Part shown: piece by piece, positions 37,790-46,525 of the stretch
Layout: each line of letters begins with the position of its first letter
Numbering within the stretch: the first letter of the stretch is position 1
Translations under genes and position numbers: made by a program
IMG/VR virus record: IMGVR_UViG_3300045988_154063
Location: 1 to 52,693 of that record
Reading direction: 5' to 3' (one strand)
From: a virus
DNA length: 52,693 nt
Notes under the pieces: generated by a model
The model's database searches: none
What the model was told of the DNA's origin: nothing
The model's input: only the letters and a program-made list of their open reading frames with translations

Positions 37790-38470
37790 ATGATAGAAAT
37801 AAATAACTGTTATAATTGCGATTGCAAGCAAGGAATGGAAGAAATGCTTCGACAAGGTTTAATTGCCGATTGGTGCATAACCGACCCTCCTTATGGGATT
37901 AACATAAGTTTAATGCCGTTAGGTGCGGGGGGGGGGAGAGTAAATCAAGCGGCAAGACGTGATTATAGTGCACAAGGACAATGGGATAATCAACGTATAG
38001 ACGCAAGTTACTTTGACCTTATGCGAAAATGTAGCAAAGACCAAATAATCTTTGGCGGAAACTACTACACCGACATTTTACCACCTACAAAAAGTTGGGT
38101 TGTGTGGGATAAAAGGTCTTACAGTCAAACCGACCGAAACGATTTTGCCGATTGCGAACTTGCATGGGCAAGCAAGGGCGTTGCAAGAGTTTTTCACTAT
38201 ATGTACAACGGAATGTTGCAAGACGATAAAAACAAAGACTATCGCTTTCATGTAACCCAAAAACCCACTCAATTATGGGTGAAACTACTCAACTTCTACA
38301 CTAAGCCCAACGACTTGATTTTAGACGCTTTTGCAGGCTCTCAAAGCCTTAGAATTGCGTGTTGGAAAACAGGTCGGCGATATATCGGGTTTGAGATTGA
38401 CAAAGATTATTACGATAAAGGAACGGCGTGGTTTAAGAATGTTTCTTCGCAAGTTTCGTTTTTTGATTAA
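37790..38470 (+). CDS. DNA methyltransferase (N6-adenine or N4-cytosine, DPPY family)
   Basis: Catalytic motif ITDPPYG and a C-terminal FAGSQS AdoMet-binding-like region. Confidence 0.7.
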   Translation: MIEINNCYNCDCKQGMEEMLRQGLIADWCITDPPYGINISLMPLGAGGGRVNQAARRDYSAQGQWDNQRIDASYFDLMRKCSKDQIIFGGNYYTDILPPTKSWVVWDKRSYSQTDRNDFADCELAWASKGVARVFHYMYNGMLQDDKNKDYRFHVTQKPTQLWVKLLNFYTKPNDLILDAFAGSQSLRIACWKTGRRYIGFEIDKDYYDKGTAWFKNVSSQVSFFD

Positions 38471-38476
38471 AAACCC

Positions 38477-38505
38477 TTGACAAGCGCATATATCGGGTGT
38501 ATAAT
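38477..38505 (+). promoter_or_regulatory. Consensus sigma-A promoter TTGACA-17-TATAAT for the replication operon
   Basis: TTGACA at 38477..38482, a 17 nt spacer, then TATAAT at 38500..38505. It is followed by a structured leader of about 133 nt (hairpin at 38519..38546, and ggtgacag at about 38528 complementary to ctgtcac at about 38591). Confidence 0.65.
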
Positions 38506-38645
38506 GTAGGCACAATTAAATGTAAACGGTGACAGACGGTTACATTAAAATTACTATTAAAAGGCTTATAATAACCTGCCCTGAAAGGTGCTGTCACACC
38601 GAGTAGGGGTAGGTTTTTATATTATATACAAGGTGGTGAAACATT

Positions 38646-39407
38646 ATGGCTAAAATACGAGTAAACAAAACAACTAACTATACGATAATGAGCAATGTTT
38701 TTCTTAGAGATAAGCGGTTATCCTTAAAAGCAAAGGGTTTACTCGCTTTAATGTTTTCGTTGCCCGAAGAGTGGAACTATTCCGTTGACGGACTTACAAC
38801 TTTGTCCGCTGATGGGAAAGATAGCATAGCAACGGCTATTACCGAACTTGAAAAATATGGCTATCTTATAAGAACACAAGCAAAAGATAATAATGGTAAA
38901 TTTGCGGGTTATGTTTATGATGTATACGAAGAACCGCAAACGGAAATTCCGTTTACGGAAAATCCGTCAACGGTAAAACCGATTACGGAAAATCGCCCAC
39001 AAATAAATACTTATATAATAAATAAAGAAGAAGTAAATAAAGAAGATAAACACACACCCCCCTATAATTCCCCCAAATCGCAAGGTGGACAAAAAGGTGG
39101 AAAAAATTCCACCATACCCACTTATGGGCTTGAAGAGTTCTTACAAGACAATCCGCAAATAAGAGTTGACAATTACAACGGCATAATAGACGATATGAAC
39201 TTTGCGGAACTTACAAGACGAATAAGAGAAAGTTCGTGGTTACAACAAGTCGAAGATTTTTCTTTTTTCTGCCTTAAATACAACAAGATAATTTCGGGCG
39301 GTTATAAGGACATTGAAAAGCAAGATAAAACAGATAAACAGCAAGGACAGAAAAGGGAAGAGGAGAAACCTAAGAAGAAATATTATTACAATTGCGTAAG
39401 GTGTTAG
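38646..39407 (+). CDS. Replication initiator or replisome organizer (DnaD-like N-terminal winged helix)
   Basis: N-terminus ...MSNVFLRDKRLSLKAKGLLALMFSLPEEWNYSVDGL..., internal iterons, and a DnaC-like loader gene immediately downstream. Confidence 0.6.
   Translation: MAKIRVNKTTNYTIMSNVFLRDKRLSLKAKGLLALMFSLPEEWNYSVDGLTTLSADGKDSIATAITELEKYGYLIRTQAKDNNGKFAGYVYDVYEEPQTEIPFTENPSTVKPITENRPQINTYIINKEEVNKEDKHTPPYNSPKSQGGQKGGKNSTIPTYGLEEFLQDNPQIRVDNYNGIIDDMNFAELTRRIRESSWLQQVEDFSFFCLKYNKIISGGYKDIEKQDKTDKQQGQKREEEKPKKKYYYNCVRC
38941..38998. repeat. Iteron-like direct repeats ((T)TACGGAAAATC x2 plus ACGGTAAAACC) inside the initiator gene, a putative origin
   Basis: ccgtttacggaaaatccg ... acggtaaaaccg ... 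attacggaaaatcgcc. Confidence 0.5.
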
Positions 39408-40201
39408 GAGAAATGAATGAGGAATACATAAAACTACTGCAAGCAGGGATAGACAGTCAAAATGCAGAGCAAGGAACGCTCAATGAGTTTGATTGCCCTA
39501 TATGCAAGAATAAAGGCGAGATTTTCTTTTTAGACGAAAACAACAATGAGTGTTCAAGAGAGTGCGAGTGTATGAAAAAACGGCGCATAATCAGGAATAC
39601 AAGGAATAGCGGGCTTTCCGCTATGCTTGATAAATACACTTTCGGGAATTTTTCACATAAAGAGAATTGGCAATTTACAATGTACGATAAAGCGACCGAC
39701 TTTGTACACGATGATAAAGCGAAATGCTTTTTTGTCGGTGGACAAATAGGGGCAGGCAAGTCGCATATATGTACGGCAATCGTGGGTAGATTGCTTGAAC
39801 AAGGTTACAACGCTTATTACAACGTATGGAACGAGATTGTAATCAACTTAAAGCAAAACGCTTACGACAACCCCGAAGAGTACAATCGGCAACTAACGTG
39901 GCTGAAAAACGTGAAAGTGTTGTACATAGACGATTTTTTCAAAACAACTCCCACGACTGCGGACTTAGACAAAGCGTTTCAAATAATTGACTATCGGAAG
40001 AACTTGTCAATGGGCAACTCAAAAAGACGGCTTATCACGATAATCAGCAGTGAAAAAATGCTTGAAGAGATAATCGGCATAGATGAGGCAATCGGTAGTC
40101 GGATATTTGAAATGTGCAACCGTGGGGAATATGTAGTCGAAATTGAGCGGAGCGCAAATAAAAATCAACGCATGCCTTCGCAAAAATATATAAGGAGATA
40201 A
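39392..40201 (+). CDS. DnaC/IstB-like helicase loader ATPase
   Basis: Walker A GGQIGAGKSHICTAI and Walker B VLYIDDF. The start may instead be the ATG at 39413. Confidence 0.75.
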   Translation: MRKVLGEMNEEYIKLLQAGIDSQNAEQGTLNEFDCPICKNKGEIFFLDENNNECSRECECMKKRRIIRNTRNSGLSAMLDKYTFGNFSHKENWQFTMYDKATDFVHDDKAKCFFVGGQIGAGKSHICTAIVGRLLEQGYNAYYNVWNEIVINLKQNAYDNPEEYNRQLTWLKNVKVLYIDDFFKTTPTTADLDKAFQIIDYRKNLSMGNSKRRLITIISSEKMLEEIIGIDEAIGSRIFEMCNRGEYVVEIERSANKNQRMPSQKYIRR

Positions 40202-40207
40202 ACAACA

Positions 40208-40456
40208 ATGGAAGAAAAAATAACTGAAACTTTAACGGAAAAAATCGCAAGGTGGGAAAGCATTTACACCGACACAGTAAGACGGCATGAACTTATGGAA
40301 ATGGGCTTTAAATCGTATTGGACAAACAAGGTGAACGATACAACCGAAATAGACGAAATCAAACATGATATTGCGCTCATAAAGGAAGCCGAATACGAAG
40401 TCGATTTAGCCAAAAAGTATTTAGCCGAACTCAAAGCGCAAAGAGAGGCGGAATAA
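40208..40456 (+). CDS. Hypothetical protein
   Basis: 82 aa. Confidence 0.4.
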   Translation: MEEKITETLTEKIARWESIYTDTVRRHELMEMGFKSYWTNKVNDTTEIDEIKHDIALIKEAEYEVDLAKKYLAELKAQREAE

Positions 40457-40626
40457 TGAGCGGAATACAAGCCCCTTGGATAGGGTGTAGTTACGAAGAT
40501 TACGAAGAAAGGTTTAAAGACCACTATCACGAGTACGATTATGAAAATGACGAATACTACACGGACGAGGACGAAGAGGACAAGGAAGAGTGGGAACTCG
40601 ATGAGGAGAAAGACGATGAAGAATAA
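40456..40626 (+). CDS. Hypothetical small acidic protein
   Basis: 56 aa, D/E-rich, and below the cutoff of the ORF track. Confidence 0.3.
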   Translation: MSGIQAPWIGCSYEDYEERFKDHYHEYDYENDEYYTDEDEEDKEEWELDEEKDDEE

Positions 40627-40900
40627 AATATTAAAAATTATAACACTTTTTACTTTAATTATTGCAATGTTTATAAGTACAAGTTGCGCTTCTTGCGATA
40701 GAGAGTTAAAATCATGTAACGCCGATATTGCAGGTGGAATGTACAGGCGTGTTACAGTTTATGATTTTAAAGGCGATGTCTTAGCACAGTACGAAGGACT
40801 TATTGACATTGGCACTCAAAGCGATAATTGCATTTTATTTGATTTAAACGGCAAGCGCATTATTTGGTATAATGCTATTGTTGAAATTGAAGAACTTTAA
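40616..40900 (+). CDS. Putative secreted protein or lipoprotein
   Basis: Signal peptide MKNKILKIITLFTLIIAMFISTSC followed by Cys. The ribosome-binding site is GAGGAGAAAGACG. Confidence 0.4.
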   Translation: MKNKILKIITLFTLIIAMFISTSCASCDRELKSCNADIAGGMYRRVTVYDFKGDVLAQYEGLIDIGTQSDNCILFDLNGKRIIWYNAIVEIEEL

Positions 40901-40913
40901 CGGGAGAAAGACG

Positions 40914-41138
40914 ATGAGAAAAATCAAGATAACAATAACAATCGATAACGGAGAGTGCGACCTAACCGACGAAATACCTAACAGCCAAACAGTCGATGAT
41001 TATGTTTCAACACTAATAAAAAAATATATAGATAGCGACGAGTTTCTTTGTTTTATAACTGAAAACGACAAAGGTTATAAGGCAATGCTTATAAACAAAA
41101 CGAAGATAAACACTATTGAAATAACCGAAATAGAATAA
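40914..41138 (+). CDS. Hypothetical protein
   Basis: 74 aa with the ribosome-binding site GGGAGAAAGACG. Confidence 0.4.
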   Translation: MRKIKITITIDNGECDLTDEIPNSQTVDDYVSTLIKKYIDSDEFLCFITENDKGYKAMLINKTKINTIEITEIE

Positions 41139-41469
41139 GGGGAAAAACGTTGTACAACTTATGTATAATTCTTGTAACAGCCGTAATTTTTGCCCTTATT
41201 GCATGATTTTTATGTGAAATACTAATGTAAACAAAAATAGCCCACACAAATCTTTTTTCATTTTTTTATACCTTTACTTGAAATTTGGTAGAGTTCACAA
41301 GTCAAAGAAACTACCAACTTTTTTTGGGTTTTGACCTATAATTTTGTTGACAATCGCTTAGCAATTTGCGATAATGTAAGTGTAGTAAACAGGACAGGGA
41401 GTAATTAACCTTTTCTTTTAGTTGTCCAAAAGAATTACTGTTTACTAACATTTATATAAGGACAACAAT

Positions 41470-41970
41470 ATGGGAAAAAGAAAAAAGACTTATTTAGCGC
41501 AAAGATTTGAAAGTAACGTTGCATTTTTGCCGAAGCATAAAGACGGAACTATACATAAAGACACATCGTCTAACATTTATAACTCAATGCGTTTTTCGCA
41601 AGCGTGGCACAATTTAACATATAAACAACGAGAATTGTATTCGGTAATGAAAGGTTTACAATTCAGCGAAACAAAACGCCGTTCCGAACTTATAACGGAA
41701 AAAGAAAAATCAATGCTTACCGAAGAAGAATTATTACATATAAACATTTCACTTAGGTTTACTTTTTGTCAACCAAAATGGTGGGATTTATATGGTTTGT
41801 ATTCACCAAATGGGCGCAAAGAACTCACAAAAGATATACAAGCCTTAGTAGATAACGGTTTTATTGAAATAAAACAAAACGGCAAAAACGTATGGGGCGC
41901 AAACATATACGAATACAGCGATAAATGGCGTGAATTAGGAATATGGAAAAACCCTTATAAAAACAAGTAG
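41470..41970 (+). CDS. Hypothetical protein, a possible regulator
   Basis: 166 aa, preceded by a 330 bp noncoding region that contains a TTGACA-18-GATAAT promoter. Confidence 0.4.
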   Translation: MGKRKKTYLAQRFESNVAFLPKHKDGTIHKDTSSNIYNSMRFSQAWHNLTYKQRELYSVMKGLQFSETKRRSELITEKEKSMLTEEELLHINISLRFTFCQPKWWDLYGLYSPNGRKELTKDIQALVDNGFIEIKQNGKNVWGANIYEYSDKWRELGIWKNPYKNK

Positions 41971-41993
41971 GTATGGTAAATATAACAAATATG

Positions 41994-42127
41994 AGGGGTA
42001 AACCCCTACATTGTAAAGACTAATAAAGTGTAGACACATGTGGGTTAAACCCCTACATCTATAAAGTAAAAATAAATCATGGATGTAGGGTAAAACCCTA
42101 CACTATATGTAGGTAAAACCCCTACAC
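41994..42127. repeat. Four direct repeats of the palindromic 15-19 bp element (GGGGTAAACCCCTACA-like), a putative operator array
   Basis: Copies begin at about 41996, 42041, 42085 and 42111. Each is internally palindromic (for example GTAGGGTAAAACCCTAC), and the array lies immediately upstream of a Cro-like HTH gene. Confidence 0.7.
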
Positions 42128-42152
42128 GAAGAAACAATTTAGGAGGACGAAA

Positions 42153-42332
42153 ATGACACCGAAACAAATAAAAGAATTAAGGCTTTCACTTATGTTAACA
42201 CAAAAAGAGTTTGGCGAACTTTTTGGAGTTGGGCGAATGTCCGTTTATGCTTGGGAAACAGGACGTTATCAGCCGTCTTTTAAAGTTCAAAGGCTTATGA
42301 AAGAAAAGGTCAAAAGCCTTGAAAAAGAATAA
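42153..42332 (+). CDS. XRE/Cro-like HTH regulator
   Basis: 59 aa, below the track cutoff. Ribosome-binding site AGGAGGACGAAA, and helix-turn-helix LTQKEFGELFGVGRMSVYAWETG. Confidence 0.5.
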   Translation: MTPKQIKELRLSLMLTQKEFGELFGVGRMSVYAWETGRYQPSFKVQRLMKEKVKSLEKE

Positions 42333-42359
42333 GCAAAACTTATTTAGAGGAATGCGAAT

Positions 42360-42860
42360 ATGAGAGATTACTTGAACACCGTTGAACGGCACACGCATTT
42401 ATTTATGCTAATGGTGAAAGAGGACGCAGAAGATTTGCTTAAAAGCGACGGTTTCACCGATGACGAAAAGAAAGCACTTAAAAAGACTTGCGAATGGATA
42501 AACAAGTTTTCTGTAAGCCTGTTTAGCCGCTTTGGCAAGCCGTTTGAAAGAAAACAGTTAAACACTGTGAGAGATAACAGAATATCAATTGTAGGCAAGT
42601 ATGCGCCCGCACAGACGGCTATATCAAATTGTGCGCAAGAAGATTTGATACCTTGCTTTGACGATTACCGAATGTTGAAATGCTTTAATTGCAAAAAGTG
42701 TCAAGACAAACTACTTTACACCGATTGTCCTGTCTATGCAATGGGAATAGCCGTTGATTACATAGACGATGAGCGAGCAAAAGTAAAAGAAAAAGGCTGT
42801 CCGTTTTCAATGGGCAGTGAATATATGCCTGAATTTGACTTAGGCTTTGAAGAAGAATAA
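42360..42860 (+). CDS. Cys-rich hypothetical protein
   Basis: 166 aa with the C-terminal cluster CFNCKKCQDK...DCP...GCPF. Confidence 0.4.
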   Translation: MRDYLNTVERHTHLFMLMVKEDAEDLLKSDGFTDDEKKALKKTCEWINKFSVSLFSRFGKPFERKQLNTVRDNRISIVGKYAPAQTAISNCAQEDLIPCFDDYRMLKCFNCKKCQDKLLYTDCPVYAMGIAVDYIDDERAKVKEKGCPFSMGSEYMPEFDLGFEEE

Positions 42861-42887
42861 AATAATATATCTTAGGAGGATATAAAA

Positions 42888-43436
42888 ATGTTGGAATTTT
42901 TAACTCAATTAGTAACGTTGCCTATATGGGCATTGATACTTCTTGCAATTGTTGCATTACTTGGCGTAATTTTACTGCCGATAACAATAGTTGCAGTACA
43001 CAATCGGAACGTTTATACACAAGAGGGCTTGAACTTAATGGCGTATAAAGAGGACAAAATTGAAGAGAAAGTTCAAGAAGTGGTGTTAAAACTTGAAGAA
43101 GAAAAAGAGGAACAGCGCAAACTTGCGTGCGAAAGGAAAGAACTTGCAGACGCAAAAGTTGACCTTGAAAAAGAGAAATTGCAAACGATTGCCGAGCGAG
43201 AAAAACTTGAAAAAGAACGTAAAGATTTGGAAGCGGCTAATGTACGGCGTGATGGTTTGTTAAAGTCGATTAAATCTCAAAATCAGACACTTTCCCAACT
43301 CCGCAAAGAAACTATCGTCTATGCCCAAAAACAAGCCGTAGAATTGGTAAAGAAAGAAAAGGAAATTGCTAAGGCAAGCGACAAGTTAAACGATAAAGTA
43401 AAAACAGCCACGACAACCACAACTACTAAGAAATAA
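42888..43436 (+). CDS. Membrane-anchored coiled-coil protein
   Basis: N-terminal transmembrane helix (LPIWALILLAIVALLGVILLPITIVAV) followed by a long E/K-rich coiled coil. Confidence 0.4.
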   Translation: MLEFLTQLVTLPIWALILLAIVALLGVILLPITIVAVHNRNVYTQEGLNLMAYKEDKIEEKVQEVVLKLEEEKEEQRKLACERKELADAKVDLEKEKLQTIAEREKLEKERKDLEAANVRRDGLLKSIKSQNQTLSQLRKETIVYAQKQAVELVKKEKEIAKASDKLNDKVKTATTTTTTKK

Positions 43437-43448
43437 AGGAGCGCAGAA

Positions 43449-43865
43449 ATGGGATATATTTTAACTACATCGCAAGAATACATATTACACAAAAGACCTT
43501 ATAAAAAAGCAAAACAAGAGCCATATTACGGTTCAATAATAATTAAGAAAGGCGGTGTAGGTATTTTATTAAGCAAACGAGTTGTACAAGACATAGGACT
43601 TGGCGAAAATGCGATAATAGGTTTTGACAAAGACTTGAACAGACTATACGTTGAGCCGACCTTAATGCAACAAGAAGGGACTGTTCATGTTTGTAATTGC
43701 GGAGCTACTAAAACTAACTACACAAGGCAATATATAACAATAACGCCGATATTAGATTTTTGCGGCGCAAAACACCCCCAAAGGGGTAGATATACGGCAA
43801 TTATTGCGCCCGACAAGTCTTATGTGGAAATTGATTTTAATTGCCTTATAAAGGAAAACGAATGA
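43449..43865 (+). CDS. Protein with an AbrB/SpoVT/MazE-like swapped-hairpin motif
   Basis: GSIIIKKGGVGILLSKRVVQDIGLGENAIIGF resembles the looped-hinge helix fold. Confidence 0.3.
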   Translation: MGYILTTSQEYILHKRPYKKAKQEPYYGSIIIKKGGVGILLSKRVVQDIGLGENAIIGFDKDLNRLYVEPTLMQQEGTVHVCNCGATKTNYTRQYITITPILDFCGAKHPQRGRYTAIIAPDKSYVEIDFNCLIKENE

Positions 43866-44422
43866 AAGTTTATATACTGTTAGACATGCGGGATAAAGCA
43901 CGCAAAATAATCAACGTGTTTTCGAGCGAACAAGAATGTTTAGAAGAACGGAAAGCGGTGGCGAGCCGCTTTTCCGTTGACGAACAATTCTTTGCAATAG
44001 AAAGTTACACAATTAAAAAGTTGCACGAAATAAAATTTACTATTCCGATACAGCCTGTAACAAAGAAAAACCATAGTTCAATCATAACAAATAAAGCAAC
44101 AAATCGTTCTATGCTTATTCCTTCAAAGCAATATAGACAATATCAAAAAGATTGCGGGTATTATGTTAAGTATAAAAACGCTAACATAGACAAGCCGTTA
44201 AACATTAAATGCTTATACTTTATGAAAACACATAGAGTTGTAGACTATTCAAATCTTTTAGAAGCGACAATGGATATGTTGGTGCATTACAAGGTAATAG
44301 CGGACGATAACTGCCGAATAGCGACAACGCATGACGGCACACGAGTTTATTACGACAAGTTTTCACCACGCACAGAAATAACAATCACGCTTGCCGACAA
44401 ACCCGAATACGAAGAGGTGTAA
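43862..44422 (+). CDS. RusA-like Holliday junction resolvase
   Basis: ...IPIQPVTKKNHS... and VDYSNLLEATMDMLVHYKVIADDNCRI match the RusA D..N...D..DD pattern. Confidence 0.5.
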   Translation: MKVYILLDMRDKARKIINVFSSEQECLEERKAVASRFSVDEQFFAIESYTIKKLHEIKFTIPIQPVTKKNHSSIITNKATNRSMLIPSKQYRQYQKDCGYYVKYKNANIDKPLNIKCLYFMKTHRVVDYSNLLEATMDMLVHYKVIADDNCRIATTHDGTRVYYDKFSPRTEITITLADKPEYEEV

Positions 44423-44423
44423 A

Positions 44424-44603
44424 ATGATTTTCTTTATCACAACAATGATAGTGCTTGCAATTGCACTTATATCAATACAAGTCATAATGGCGTTGCCGTT
44501 AAACAAAAACGACAAGGATATGCAAAACGACTTAGACGAACCTAACGCAATAGACGAAATAATTGAAATGGAGTGTATGGACGATGACGATGACAGTTTT
44601 TGA
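44424..44603 (+). CDS. Small transmembrane protein
   Basis: 59 aa with one transmembrane helix and an acidic tail. Confidence 0.3.
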   Translation: MIFFITTMIVLAIALISIQVIMALPLNKNDKDMQNDLDEPNAIDEIIEMECMDDDDDSF

Positions 44604-44829
44604 ACTAACCCTTGCAATAGCAATAGGAACATTTGTAGGTTTTTTTCTTAACTCAATGATAGGTTTTATAATTGAGCAGAGATTACAGCGGGAAAAAGAC
44701 GAAGTAATGCAAAGACTTTTTCACGACTTAAACGAAGGACTTGAAGTACAAAAAATCAAAATCAAAAAGAAAAATGAGCAAAACTCACAAAAAGAAGAAA
44801 AAGGCGTTGACAACAACCCTTTTGAGTGA
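44584..44829 (+). CDS. Small transmembrane protein, holin-like
   Basis: 81 aa with an N-terminal transmembrane helix and a charged C-terminus. Ribosome-binding site GGAG 9 nt upstream. Confidence 0.3.
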   Translation: MTMTVFELTLAIAIGTFVGFFLNSMIGFIIEQRLQREKDEVMQRLFHDLNEGLEVQKIKIKKKNEQNSQKEEKGVDNNPFE

Positions 44830-44908
44830 TATAATGCAAACGTATTAAGCGATTGTTCATTAGTAATTGCCTTTTCCTTACACCTCTGGTTGAGAGTAAT
44901 TCACTTCC

Positions 44909-44954
44909 AAAAAAGATTGCCTGCGGTTATTACGCCGCAGGCTTTCTTTTTTTT
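44909..44954. terminator. Bidirectional rho-independent terminator where the plus and minus arms converge
   Basis: A-run, then gcctgcgg-loop-ccgcaggc, then a T-run of 12. Confidence 0.7.
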
Positions 44955-44964
44955 ATGCTTTAAA

Positions 44965-45330
44965 TCACCTTACTAACCAATAGACATCAACAAGTTCGTC
45001 GGAACAGTCCCATATATCTAAAACTTGCGAATAAAGCGCAACCGTCAAATGCCCGTCAACACGCATTATGACTACATCGTTGCAAAACTTATTGGCAACG
45101 TTTTCGACCGTTACGTTAGCACGAGGCGTGTAACGTTTAAACCCAAAAACATTTTCCAATAAGGAACAATAGCAATCGAGGCATAGTTTGTCGCAATTTC
45201 GCCATTTAGCAACAAAGTCGAGCAATTTATCGACTACCGAATATTTTAAACCCGTAGCGGCTTTTATCGCCCTGCACACACAGTCTTTTTCGATTTTCTT
45301 GTCTGGGTTGGCGTTGTAATACTTAAACAT
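44965..45330 (-). CDS. Cys-rich protein with a possible papain-like (NlpC/P60- or CHAP-like) Cys...His arrangement
   Basis: N-terminal DCVCRAIKAA and later DGHLTVALYS. It is the last gene of the minus-strand operon. The match is weak. Confidence 0.25.
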   Translation of the reverse strand: MFKYYNANPDKKIEKDCVCRAIKAATGLKYSVVDKLLDFVAKWRNCDKLCLDCYCSLLENVFGFKRYTPRANVTVENVANKFCNDVVIMRVDGHLTVALYSQVLDIWDCSDELVDVYWLVR

Positions 45331-45332
45331 GA

Positions 45333-45932
45333 TTAGTACATTTCGCCTTTGACGATAGCAAAGTAGTAAGCGGCAAGTTTTTCGTCGCCGTCAACGGCAG
45401 CGTCCTCGTCGTCTAAAAATGCTTTTGCCAAAGCGACATAAACGTAAGGTTCTTTGTCGGTCGGTATGTAGTTTCTAAGCACGTCGCAGTAGTCGCTATA
45501 AAGCATGTTTGTAGTTAAACATAAAGTCTTTTCGTCAAAGTCTTTAAAAGAAATGCCCATATCACGAGCAACCCTTTCTATCGTTTCTCCACGAAAATGC
45601 TCACCACGACTGCCGTCTGCGTTCATCATGCTTGATTTCCATTCGGTAATATCACGCTTAGTAAGGCGCATATCATCCTCGCCGTCCGAGTAATCACGGT
45701 CATAACCATAGTCGTAATCGTCGTACTCTTTGTCGTAATGAGTGTCATAGCGGTCATAATTGCCGTCCCTACGTCCTCTTCTACGAGAAGCATAATCTTC
45801 TTCGTAAGGTTCGTATTGACCGTAATCACGGCGTTTATCTCTATCGCTCATACGTTCACGATAATCACGCTCACGGTAATCACGTTCACGAGGTCTATAA
45901 GTGCGAGAGCGTCTATCCATAATTCTTCTCAT
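45333..45932 (-). CDS. R/D/Y-rich low-complexity protein with a C-terminal globular domain
   Basis: RDYRERDYRER..., YDDYDYGYDRDY, and DYRE repeats at the DNA level. Confidence 0.4.
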   Translation of the reverse strand: MRRIMDRRSRTYRPRERDYRERDYRERMSDRDKRRDYGQYEPYEEDYASRRRGRRDGNYDRYDTHYDKEYDDYDYGYDRDYSDGEDDMRLTKRDITEWKSSMMNADGSRGEHFRGETIERVARDMGISFKDFDEKTLCLTTNMLYSDYCDVLRNYIPTDKEPYVYVALAKAFLDDEDAAVDGDEKLAAYYFAIVKGEMY

Positions 45933-45946
45933 AGCCGTTGTCCTCC

Positions 45947-46396
45947 TTAATAAACCTTTTCAACGATAAAGTTGGAAATGCCGCCTGTTAATGCAACGCC
46001 TGTGTTATTGACTTGCAAAGTAGCAGGAACGTTTGCGCCCACGCTTGCACAGTTCGGGAAAACACGGACAATGAACGGGATAGTGATATTCACAGTATCG
46101 CCAGCCGCCGCCGCAGATTGAGTAGCGGTATAAACAACAGTACCGTTTTGAGTAAGTTCGACCGTAACAGCACCTGCCGCACCAGCAACCGCCGAAATGT
46201 TATAGGTTACTTTGTAATAACCTGTACGGTTAAGTTGCACATAGTTTGCGCCCGTAGTGCCTACGGCGAACGTGTTAGTGCCTTGCGCCGTTCCGCAACA
46301 TAATTTTCGTGTGATAACACCTAAGGGAAGCGGAGTGTCGGCGGCAACCGCACCAACGTTAGTATTTGTAAGTTGCAAAACTCTATAATCGCTCAT
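45947..46396 (-). CDS. BclA C-terminal/C1q-TNF-like domain protein
   Basis: 149 aa with a beta-rich A/G/T/V-rich pattern (NISAVAGAAGAVTVELTQNG...VNITIPFIVRV) typical of BclA_C-like jelly-roll domains. Confidence 0.4.
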   Translation of the reverse strand: MSDYRVLQLTNTNVGAVAADTPLPLGVITRKLCCGTAQGTNTFAVGTTGANYVQLNRTGYYKVTYNISAVAGAAGAVTVELTQNGTVVYTATQSAAAAGDTVNITIPFIVRVFPNCASVGANVPATLQVNNTGVALTGGISNFIVEKVY

Positions 46397-46525
46397 ATTA
46401 AATCTCCTTATATTTTAGCGGCAAGGAAAACACATATCATACACCGCATACGCATTTCCCTTGCCTTATGCTAAAACTGATTTATTTAGTCGGAATAAAT
46501 ATTCCTGTTATTTTAAAACGTTAAG

